From the NCBI GenBank assembly GCA_039545335.1, contig BCIN01000002.1, positions 2,386,678 to 2,450,677 on the forward strand: DNA of 64,000 nt. The letters run 5' to 3'. The position numbers and the translations under genes were made by a program. Shown here one piece after another: positions 36,134 to 47,270 of this stretch (position 1 is its first letter; every line of letters starts with the position of its first letter). Below the pieces are notes generated by a model. The model saw only the letters and a list, made by a program, of their open reading frames with translations. It did no database searches and was not told the DNA's origin. Source of the DNA: Kondoa subrosea. Taxonomy: Eukaryota.

Positions 36134-37078
36134 CACGAAATGCAAATAACGAGAGAATTAAACAGATTCAAGCGAGAGTCAAGCGAGTGAGAGGTAGGCT
36201 TCTGACAGATAATAGATTCGAGCGATTGTTTGGCCAAACTTAGCAGAAATGAAAGGAAATCTGAGTCTTGTACTACTGAAAGAGCAAGGGCCGGCCTTGT
36301 GAGAGTCGAGGAAGGTCGGTATATGGTTTGGGAGCAAGCAAAGCCTGATTTTTGCAAGTCGCACCGACACAACGGACGCTCGGACGCGTCTTATTGCCCC
36401 GCTGGCTACGTATTCATCACTTCTGCAGCCTGCTACTGGATATCTGCCTACACAAACGTGTCCTGTTGCTTTCGACGTGTTTTTGAAAATGCTCCAACAA
36501 CGGGATCTGCGGGATCGAACGATGATGTCCTCAGACTCAGGCTGTTGGATATACACTTGCTTGAATCAAGAACATCTGATAATAGACATCAAGGAAGCGG
36601 TCTCATTCTTTCTAATACCAATTTCAAAGTGTGCGCATTGCAGAAAATAAAATCATCCCAGCTCTCGGAATCGCTCAGTCCCTCTGATACACTTAACACA
36701 CTGACACTTGATGTTCCCTGCCTCTGTTTCTTTAATCGTCTTCCTGAGGTCTCAAGCAATGATGTTCTCGCGGAAAAGCTTGTACAGTACACGACCTTCT
36801 GTCGCTGCGTAATCCTCTCGATACGGCACGATTCCTCTTATCTGTATGCTCTATGTCAGTGTGCTCCATTGCCCGCTTTCAGTATAATCCCATAGAGACT
36901 ATGACTAGTTAGAGTCATCGATTACCAAGGGCTTGGCTTTCGAAGTTTCGCATGATAATACTGATTGTCCCTGATTGCCCACAGCCTCTAAGGCGGAGCT
37001 ATCGTTCAGCCTGACGGGTTCACATCGCGCTTGGAATCTTTTTCATCTCTTCTTCTGTTGGTATCTTTCGCTTGCAGA

Positions 37079-38675
37079 ATGAAACTTTCAACATCTTTCC
37101 TTGCTCTCGCTCTCTGCGCACTACCCGCTTGGGCTACCTACTTCAATGGCGACAAAGTGAATGGGTAAGCTCGTCCAAGCAATGATGAGCAGGTCGCTTA
37201 CAAATTATCAATCAGAGTTCCCGTGATCACTGAGCTCGACATTTCAAACTTGCAGAATAACAAAGTTCAGTATGTCAAGACGCACTTCCGTATCAAGTTC
37301 CTTGTTCGCTTATGAAGTCTGTCTTACCTGTCGTAGTCGATTCTTCCTCCGCGGATCCCAGGTCAGCAAATCTTCAACCGTACTCGAGACAAAGGACTGA
37401 TGCTAATTCTTCCCTTCAGCTCAACACGGAAGCGCCAGTCCATGTGCCAGTAGTGGTCGCTCGTGGTCCCAACCCATCAGCAGGCAAGACTTTTTGGGTC
37501 TCCGCAACTGTCCATGGAGACGAACTTAACCCGATCCGAGTCGCTCAACGCCTGATACAATCTCTGGATACATCACGCATCAATGGCACGATCATTATAG
37601 TACCCCTAACCGGTCAACAAGCAACACCTCGCATCAGTCGGTATTACTATACTTCTCGTGAGCCTAAACAGTAATCGCAGGAAGGAATGCATGGTGACTG
37701 TGTGTAATGCAGCATCTGGTGGAACTCTGACCGATCCAAATCGTCTTTTCCCTGGTACTCCAACCGGAAATGTAGTTTCGAGATTTGATTGGGCTATCTG
37801 GAACGGACTCACCAAGGTCGGTCCCCATGTACAGATGCTCTGAATAAAGCTCAAAACTGACTGTAATCTTGGACAGAATGGCACACAAGTCGATTATGCT
37901 GTTGACATGCACACTACTTCATCCGGTGCTTGTACGTCTTCAATCCATGCGTAGCAGGCCTGCTGGCTGACATCTTGGGGAAAAGCTACTCCTCTTTGGT
38001 GTTACTCAGATTACCAAATTCCAGGTGCTAAGCGTCTAGCTGAACTTATTGGTCTGTTTCTCTTCACTAGTAATGAATACTGACAGCTGCTGAAGTATAA
38101 CATACATTACAGGCGCCGATATCATCAAAGTGGATCCAGGAGAACCAGGCTCCCTCGAAACTACTTTCATCGAATACGGTATTCCTGCTATCACCCTCGA
38201 GATTGCAAGTCCCCGTATCTGGCAACCAGAGTACATCGATCGAGCCTACAGTTTCATTCGTCGTGCTCTAGACGATTTCCAAGTCTTCCCTAGCGATCAA
38301 TCTTCAGGAGTACCAGAAGTGAACACATATGTGTACGTCACTTTCTGTAGATTCAATCTTTCGTTGTGACACTTGACAATAGCGGAACTACTTTCGAAGC
38401 CGTTGTTGCTGTGACTGCTGGATTCTGGTCCCCCTCTGTCAAGCTCAACCAAGACGTGACTGAAGGTCAACTACTAGGTGTTCTGTACAATACTTGGGGC
38501 GATGTCCTTTCCAACTACACTGCTCCTGTTAATGGTCGCGTTCGTCAGTCGAGAATATCTATTACTGATCAGAGACTTGGCTGATTGTTTTCTTATCGCA
38601 TTAGACACGATATCGACTGATCCTGCCAACGAACCCGGCAGAGCTCTCGTCCAACTGATTACTGAGAGGCAGTGA
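37079..38675 (+). CDS. Secreted succinylglutamate desuccinylase/aspartoacylase (AstE/AspA, M14-like) family protein
   Basis: Signal-peptide-like MKLSTSFLALALCALPAWA; zinc motif SATVHGDELN; DPNRLFPG, AVDMHT, GIPAITLEI; C-terminal lipoyl-like VKLNQDVTEGQLLG..YTAPVNG. Confidence 0.85.
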
Positions 38676-38915
38676 GCGCGAGTGACTCTGTTTGGCGTAA
38701 GCCATAACTTGTGTGGATGCGAAAAAGAAAAATGTATATAGGGATCAGGGAATGTATCGGGAGGTATGAAATGAAATCGAGCGGCACAGCACAGCACGAC
38801 CTACGCGTCAAAGTCCGTCCGTCCGAACTTTACTCCCTTTGACTTTCGGTTAAGTTGCATCATCTGTTTACTTCTGTCAGCCATGTTCTCGCAATAAGCT
38901 TGATCTAATACAGTC

Positions 38916-40306
38916 ATGAGCGACTCGAGGCTACGTGTACAGACTACAAGACCGCCTGTCTCACCTGGTCCCTCGAATCCCTCTTCAAGGCGCTCGTCGT
39001 TTTCCAATGCACCGAGTCCGACTGAAGCCCAGAAGCCATTCAAGGAGCGACAGAGCTCGTTTACAAAGAATGTGCAGCGACTTGCAACAGGTGGCAGTCC
39101 TGCTCTGAATTCTAGATCCTTCAGTTCGAATACCTTGAACACCAGCAATTCTAGCAATCGCAGCAATGCACCTGTCTTCAGATCTGCTGTATCAGCTAGT
39201 TCTTCTTCTTTTCCTCTAGCTGCTTCAACATCGCAAGATAGATTCGGTATGCTAAATAGCTCACCGAGTATGCTTTCGCTGGCTTCCACTGTCACGCCGA
39301 ATCATCCTGGTCTAGCTTCTTCTGGCTCTTCCAATCTCATCAGCAAATTTGATGCTCGCAATGTCGCTATGGCTATGCATCGATTGGAGAACAAGGATAG
39401 TCATAATGCTTTGGATGCAAGAGCTGGAGAATTGGGTAACGTAGGAGCTATTGGATTTGGAGGTGGAGATGAATGGCAGACTGTCTGTGTGAGAGTATTG
39501 CCTCTTTTCAATGGAGAAGGAACGAAGGGATATATCGAAGATGTCAGTCTGACCGGACTGGTTTGGCTTGAGCTGAAGGTTGCTTCTAGCTCAATGAATT
39601 GGTCACCTTGCATATTCAGCGAATCACTTCAAGATCAGAGAAGAGAGCTATTCAATACCTGACGGAACATCTGACGGAACTACTTTCAATCGGCATGCTT
39701 ACCTTGAACTCAAAACTACAATCTCTGTCCGACGAGAGACTATTAGCCCGTCTGAACGAAGTCTGGACTTTCTTCTTCACCAGCATTCTGCCATATCTAG
39801 AAGGCGTCTTTCTGCCTTTTTCAACCGATCGAGATCTTATGCGCATCGCAGCCAAACAAGCCGCGGCTCAGCAACAGCCTCTATCTGTGCAACTCAAGCC
39901 GGCTCTACCTGTTCGCAAGCTTATCTTGATCTCCTTCCGCGATCAGATCATTTACCCAATAACGAACCACCTAGCAGTCCTATTCGCGGAGGAAGCCGAC
40001 CAAGCACCTTCTTCAAATCGGCTATCCATGGCTTATGGTCTTTCTTCTTCCAACTCATACAATGGCGCTGTGGGAGCCACACCAACCATCTCTCACCCTC
40101 GACCTTCTTCCTCCGAAAACCTTTCTAATCCCAATAGTGAAACAATGCTCAATCAAGCAAAGAGAATGCAAATGATTTCTATTCTATCTTCTGTTTTGAC
40201 AAATGATGAGAAACAAGCTGCAATGGACCATTTGGCTAGAAGTGTGAGAGAAGGGTATAGGTCCGACAGTAGAAGAGATAGTACTAGAACACCGGTGCCG
40301 TCCTAG
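38916..40306 (+). CDS. HbrB-like / Bit61-PRR5 family protein (TORC2-associated)
   Basis: DEWQTVCVRVLPLFNGEG and RLNEVWTFFFTSILPYLEGVFLP are HbrB domain motifs. Ser-rich N-terminus. Confidence 0.85.
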
Positions 40307-40659
40307 CAGTGAAGAGCTAGCCTTCGATCGACGAAAGTGAACACATATAACTAACAAGGTTATTGGCTGGTGAGACGTCAGCCTCACAAACAGATGTGGT
40401 CCGGTATGCTGGTCAGCAATAAGTACCCATTGTATTCGCAACGCTGACCAATACCTCCAAAACAGGCTCGAGAGTCCGATCCACAACTAACATCAGCCTG
40501 ATCTCTATTGCTTCTGTGGTACTATCATTGGTCGTTCCATCATTGAAGTCATTTGAACGGATTTGTATATTCTCAAAAGGTACGATGCTATAGTACCACT
40601 TCTGCTTTCCGCTTATCTAACGACAACCTCCAGCATTTAAAGCCAGCATTCATGCCAAC

Positions 40660-41106
40660 CCTACCACACGATCAGAAGCTTTCCGTTGCAAATCTTCAGG
40701 ACTCACCTCATCGTTCTCAAGCAGCCTCAACCTGAGCTCTTAAATCATTTATTATAGTTGCTTGATCATCCGGCTGTTCAGCATAGACCACCACAATCAA
40801 AGGAGGAGGCAAGATCGCTTTGCTCTTGGTTGCGAAGATTCCAATACGATATTCACCATTGGAAGTCTTTTGGCTACCAGGCTTGTAACCACCTAGTTGA
40901 GAGGTACGACTGTTATGCGCTCCCATCCAATTCACTTCCCATGTCCAACTAGGTTCGCTGTCGGCAAATACGTCCAAACAAGCTCGAAGTGCTTTCTTGG
41001 TTTTATTCTACAAAACAAATAGAAGAATCAGTCGTCGAACCAGACACATAGAGTGCCCATGAAATCATATCATTGCTCATGTACTGAAATGCAAGCTCAC
41101 ATCCAT
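40660..41106 (-). CDS. Small hypothetical spliced gene (boundaries uncertain)
   Basis: ATGGAT|GTGAGC near 41106 and an 86-aa open exon at 40717-40977 flanked by plausible splice signals. No recognisable domain. Confidence 0.3.
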
Positions 41107-41378
41107 GTTGTTCGCTGTTGTTTGGGTCGGGGAAGAATAGTCAGGCAACCCACTACCGGACAGCCTTGGTAGATTAAGTACATTGTCGTAGTAAAAGCAT
41201 GACACTTGTAATGTATTACCCCAGATCCCGCGTTCGATTATGTAACGTAGTCGGCATTAGAGTGTCACTTCTCTTGTTTCCTGTCCGCGAAACAACCGCT
41301 CTGGCATTGATACAATCTACGTTTTCAAGTGAAGAAGCTTCACAGTCCCGAGACGCCCCTCAGTTGGCTCTTGAGACC

Positions 41379-42239
41379 ATGGGAAACCTTCAAGAGATCA
41401 TATTGCTGAATTCGCAAGAATTTGGAGAACTGCAAGCTGTACCAATCCATGCATTCGAGCCTTTCACTAAAAGTAGAGTCTTCCACGTCGAGCTCAATGC
41501 CAGAACACCAGTTCTGGATCTACCTGAGCAAGCTTTTCTGAAGATTTATGATCCGAGGTATTTGGACGATAGGCAAGAGAAGCATCCGTGGGGTAATCAA
41601 GCGGAAGGAAAGGCAGTCAGTCTGCGTGCCCAGGGAGCTTACGCAGAGTGGGATGAGCATTTCATGTATGAGGATGATTTTGTCGAAGGGACGGATGAAG
41701 CTGCTGCTCAATGGGAAGAACACTATTATCGACAGATGCAAGAATGTTACATAAGCGAATCGGCAGCCTATACTTGTCTTCAATGCTTTCAGGGCAATCA
41801 AATACCTCGACTTTATGCTCAAGGTGTTGTGAAGAAGTCAGCAGATCGAATTTTGGAACCTTCTTTTATTCTTATCGAATACATACCCAATGCAATCAAG
41901 CTCGCAGACCTTCGAGCAGACAGCATACCTTTCAATTTACCACTCCTTGCGCAGAATCTTTACGCCGCTGTTGACAACTTCCACAAGCTGGGCGTGGCTC
42001 ATACAGATATACATACTAGCAATATCCTCATCAGTGACGACCGAGCAGTCTTGATCGACTTTGGCTGTGCAGCAATTCGGTCAAATATTGTTGAAGCGGA
42101 AGGAGACTGGGAGACGACCTCACAGTTCTACGACGATTCCTCAGCTATTCGCAAGATCTTCGCTCTGGTCATGCCTGCTTTTCCGAAACAAGCCAAAGAC
42201 ATGGATCTCCTGCTTCCTCAACCTGTTTCTGCATATTGA
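41379..42239 (+). CDS. Intronless protein-kinase-like (PKL fold) protein
   Basis: LKIYDPRY, ESAAYTCLQCFQGNQIPRLY, ILIEYI, catalytic-loop-like GVAHTDIHTSNIL, and AVLIDFG. Confidence 0.8.
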   Translation: MGNLQEIILLNSQEFGELQAVPIHAFEPFTKSRVFHVELNARTPVLDLPEQAFLKIYDPRYLDDRQEKHPWGNQAEGKAVSLRAQGAYAEWDEHFMYEDDFVEGTDEAAAQWEEHYYRQMQECYISESAAYTCLQCFQGNQIPRLYAQGVVKKSADRILEPSFILIEYIPNAIKLADLRADSIPFNLPLLAQNLYAAVDNFHKLGVAHTDIHTSNILISDDRAVLIDFGCAAIRSNIVEAEGDWETTSQFYDDSSAIRKIFALVMPAFPKQAKDMDLLLPQPVSAY

Positions 42240-42589
42240 ACAGTCGAGTCTGGATTTGCTGCAACTGTATAGGTACGCGAGCTTGAGAATGGTTACTTGT
42301 GCGCGAATCTCATTGACTGTAGATCGGGCTCTCTGGCTGTGTCCTCCATTTATATCTTTTCGGAGGCGCCTTATTCGCGCCTTATTCGAGAAGCAATGTA
42401 CTTCTGGGTAGTAGTCATAAATCGTAAATCCATCGCTATGTCGTTTTCATGATCAAGCTGGATGCCTCTTTGGCTGTTTCCCTCCAGGAAGCTCATGGTG
42501 ACATCGACTTTCGATGGATATCATTCGCTAGTGAGAGCTGGTCATGTACTATTGATGAGCTGGGTATCTTATGACTCATGTTATAGCTC

Positions 42590-45151
42590 TTATCTCCGCT
42601 TCAATATCTGTATAAGCCTGTGAGAAATACTTCAGCAGCATCACATCAACGGGACAAACATAGTCTGCGCTTGGCGATTGTAGCACTGCCCATCCAGAGC
42701 AAATGAGATCTTTTCCGAATAAGCAGGGAAGCACTTACGCGACAATACGAATTTCGGCGACAGGACTCTCGTCTCTAGCTCCTTCCTCGATTCACCTGGT
42801 TTACTCACCAGCCGAATCTCATAGCGCAATAAGATATGCGATATGAGGCAGACTGCTTCAACCTCTGCGAAGCGTCGCTACCACATAATTGTCAGCATCT
42901 ACCGGCGCACAAGATCATAATCTCTCACCCCGATACAAGAATATGTACCAGATGAGAATCCAAAGAAGTGTGCTTGCAGAACCAATTCAGTGTGGGAGAG
43001 CACAAAGTATCCAGCTTAGACACCTACCTTTCTCTTTACTGCCAGGCATGAATCGTTCAGAGCGAAATACCTCGGGATCAGCGAAGAAGGCAGGATTGTA
43101 GTGAACGCTTTGGAAGTCAGCTTAAGCAAGAATGAGTATTAGGTAAGAGCTACAATTGCAAGCGCGCCTCTGACTGAAGTGCCCGCCTTAACCGGAATGT
43201 GTATCGGTCCGCCAGTTACAAGGTTTGGAAGAGCAAGAGCGTGATCTTGTATGCATGACTTGATGATACCGATCGCAGGCGGTCTACCAGAAGACAAGGT
43301 GAGCTGAGTTGCAAAGAGATCTAAACCTTACTTCAGTCGAATAGTTTCCATTACTGCGGCAGAGACTCTAGTCAGGCGATTGACATCTATGTAGGACTGA
43401 TCGAAGTCATGCCAAGCTGGGCTTCTCAAGTGACAGGGCTCACAAGCTGCGCTGCATCTCCTTTCACGCTGAGCAGCTCTTGACAGGGTATTAGAATATG
43501 GCTCTCGTCAAATATTCAGTAGTACTCACGTTCATAGAGCATCTCCTGCTCTTCCGGGTACAGGGCTAGATACGCTAGAAGGAAGGCGAGCGTTGTAGCA
43601 GTGGTCTCTGAGCAGTTTAATCAGCATTTGTTTGCCTCCAGCGATTGACTGACCATGACCTGTCAATTGCGATATTCAAGTTAGCATTTAGTGAAGACTG
43701 GATGCTATTTGGAAGGCTGCCTACCAGCAATCAAGAAAGTAAGAATATTTGACATCACTTCGTTCCGAGTAAGACCATCTTCGCCATCAATTGATTTCAC
43801 CAGTGCGCCGAGCAGGTCTTTACTCTCTTCACCACTGCTTTGAGCAGTCAACCGATCGTTTACCAAATCGCGCATGCACTATCATATTAGTCAGCCTTTC
43901 CTTTGACTGCGTACTGAGAAAACATACTAGTTCAAACTCTGGAAATGCAATGTCCATCTGTTTGAGATTTGAGATAGGCAGCCAATATATGAACTACCTC
44001 AGCTATTGATATGGTCACCATGGATTGAGTGTAGTTTGAAGCCTACCTTCGGCAATACATTTCGCAAAAGCAGGTTTATTCCTCGCAATACGATTCCTAA
44101 ACTTTGATCGAAGGTCATTCTCCTGCCCGTCTTTAGGCTTTGCTTTTCTTCGGCCCAGGTAGTCTTTACTCCAAAGCCAGCCAACTTGATGATAGTCATC
44201 GTTGCTTTGCGAGTGAATCCGACAGCATCCGCAAGAGGAACATCTTGGTTTGGATACTGAGTATCGTACGATGCGAAGACTTGTTGCATAAGGCCCTCTG
44301 TAGCCGACCAGACCAAAGCACTGTTACTTGCTGTGAAAGAGGGTTCAGCTACAGAGCGATGTCGCTTATGTTCTTCGCCTGCTGTGCAGAGGACGTTCGG
44401 TCCACTGTTTCTTATGTCAGCCAAAATGAAGACCATTCTGACAGATAGATCTTACAAGTGAGCAATCATTCTATAAGAGGGATATTCAGCGCGGAAGACA
44501 ACCGGATGTGCTATAGCTTACTTGCGCAACTTCGCTCTTCTCTCGTAGAGCCGATTATTGTTGTTGATCTCACGAACAGCAGCAGAGTCAAACACTCTCA
44601 CTAACAAACTGCTTAGTCTTCTGTCCCATGTGTTTTGTATTGCTCACACTCAATGACAAATGGGATGACAGATCTGCAATGTAGATGAGACATACACGGG
44701 ATGTGTCAAGTCTGAGACTCACATGTAAAGCCAGCAGTCTGACTCGGTGTTCAGCTTGTCTTTCACAGCTGAGATTGGATCAGATTGAGATCATCCGTGA
44801 AAGTTGATCTTTACATACACAGGCGAATGAACTCACTGCAAGATCAACGTCAGATTTGGACCCGCAGTAGAGCGTATACATACTCATTCCAGTTTGATCC
44901 AAGGTTGATGCACCATCCTCGATTTGGGTTACCAATCCGCCGTTTACCGAAGATTCCAGGTTTCAAGCTTCAAAGACAAATGAGGACACGATAGCAGAGT
45001 ACACGAAGGGAAGTCAATACAAAGTAAAAGTGTGAAAGAGAGAAACGAGAACAGGACAGGGAGATTGAGAAACCAATTGGTATACAGCATAGAGACGCTG
45101 GAGACAGAAAAGGGCGGCGAGAGTCGCTACAACAAGTAGCACAGTAGACAT
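42590..45151 (-). CDS. Cytochrome P450 (paralogue A)
   Basis: N-terminal TM anchor, EEHKRHRSVAEPSFT, I-helix GH-ETTATTL, ETIRL (ExxR), PERF, and heme motif GFSSGTYSCIG-RRFAEVE. Confidence 0.9.
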
Positions 45152-45356
45152 CTTGGTCGTCCGCAACAAGCCTGAGACTCTATCATTCAAGAAGTGTAGT
45201 TAGAATGATTGGAAGTTTCCTTGAAGTGAGAAGAGAAGTGGTGAGTGTATCTACTGGATCTCGGTTACTGCTGCTGTTTGACAGGATGCAGTTTTGGCGG
45301 CAGCGTCATTGAGTCGTCGGACCACGCTGACCAATGTGATTACTAATGCAGTCATT

Positions 45357-46993
45357 TCAATGATTAGGTGATTGTACACAAAATATTACAGACGACAGCT
45401 CTGACAGCTCCCGTACATCTCCCAATGCCTATATTATTGGTCAGATGCAATCTTTCCAGTATAGCGACCTTTCAGACTTACCTCTAGGTATCGATTCGGT
45501 AGATCCAACATGACACTTTTCGATTCCCGAGCACTGGCAGGCAACACATCAACCAACCTCGCAGTCTTCTCTTGCAGCTCTTCAAATTTAGCTAAAGGGT
45601 GCGAAAAATCCTTTTCGGCAGGCAGAGGAGGGTTTGCGAAAGCTTGATCTTCCAAGACAGAAATGAAGACCTCAAAGACTCTGTCCAGTAAGACTTGGAA
45701 AACGTGCGCGAAATCTGGCGAGTCGATCAGATCGGCCGTCTCGTCCAAGAGATTGCGAAGTTCTGGTGGAATTCTTATGGAAGGAGATGAGATACCCGCT
45801 TGGTTCAGAACAAGCATTTCTGCTGCCGATGTAGGTGGAAGTAGAGTGGAAGCGAAGCTGTGCAAGAAAACGGCAGAGTCAGCTTCATAGGAAGCTCAAG
45901 ACCGGCCGCATTCGCACCTTTGTTTGAGTCCAGCCTCGTCATTTTCTACTAACGCTCTGACTTCTATGAGGCGCTTCGCTAGCTCATTGGGTGTTAGCAC
46001 AGTCTTGAGCGAGATTCTGCTTGAATACTTAAGCTCAGTTTGCAAACGGTACACAGGAGACATACGAGCTAAAGACCTGCTTCACTCCACTTTGCACTCT
46101 GTCGACGACTTCTTTCCATCCTTCATTGAGTAACCACCAACTAAAAGTAAGAAACATGACTTCAGTTTTTTGATCTATTCCACCATTTCTTGTCCTCGGT
46201 TCAGCGATATCTACATCTAATTCCATCCTTCCTTGTACTCCGATTGTTTCTCTTGCTTTCTCCTTCTCAACTACGTCTAACAGCGAACCAAGGTATTTGT
46301 ATCTTCCGATCAAGTTAAGCTGGATATGGGTTTGCAGGACTAGTAAAGTGAGGAGGTAGAGAGAAGATACGGATCGAGCAATAGAGAGGAGTTTGATTTC
46401 GTTCCAGAGCTCAGCTTTACTCTTCGTTGTTGAAGTCGTCAAAGGTTTGTCTTCAAGAATCATCGAGTTTTCACTTGAAGAAGGTGGTAAAGAAGCGATA
46501 GATGCATAAGAAGGTTTCTCGTCATTCGAAGCATTAGATTGAACAGAAGCAGATAGATCAGACGTCGATTGCCCAACTTGTTCGAAGGCAGACATCTGAG
46601 ACTCTACCATTTCTGGCTGTTGCTGAACAGGTGCTTTCTTCTTGGCTAGACTTTGCAGCTCCGTTGTTCGAGCGTCCACATCCATTGCTTGCATGAGCTC
46701 TTCCGACAAAGAGGGCAACAGAGCTTGTACAGTGAAAGCACAGTCTTCTTGATTCTGTTTGAACCTTCGCTTGAGGCTGTCAATCAACAAAACGATATTA
46801 GCTACATATTAAGTGATATCTTGTTGACGACCGACTTATCCTGAGCTGCTTTGTCCTCCATCATGCGCACTTGCACTTCATTGAATTTCGAAATGACATA
46901 TTTCCCAGCCAGATAGAGACCGCCTGCTACTCCTACAGTAATTCCTAGCGCCCGCCTTCGCCTCCTCCACACATCAGCCAGGTAACTTGACAT
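45357..46993 (-). CDS. PEX3: Peroxin-3
   Basis: WRRRRRALGITVGVAGGLYLAGKY, LKRRFKQNQEDCAFTVQALLP, KAELWNEIKLLS, QLNLIGRYKY, FLTFSWWLLNEGW, LLDETADLIDSPDF. The 3' end is approximate. Confidence 0.93.
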
Positions 46994-47270
46994 TAGATAT
47001 AAGATAGACTTCGTTCAAGAGCAACGACGCATGTGAAATTTAGACATGACGAGATGAAGAACAGAGCTGAGCAGCGATAAGGTGGAGTAGCACAACAGTT
47101 TCAATAAGGCAATGTTACAACTCTTTTCATGTTCCCCTGTTCCCATCTTTTTGCAACTCAAACAAATTCCCCTTTTCACTTCTTTCTCTCACAGGTCGGT
47201 CCCATACATTCCTTGTCATACTGCACATGCTGTACCCGTTGCATCATCACCTCATCTTGCACTTTTTCGC

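Noticed and set aside
36179..36895. 221-aa and 125-aa ORFs upstream of the chitin synthase
   Set aside because: Non-ATG starts, atypical composition and no domain; likely 5' UTR or promoter sequence.
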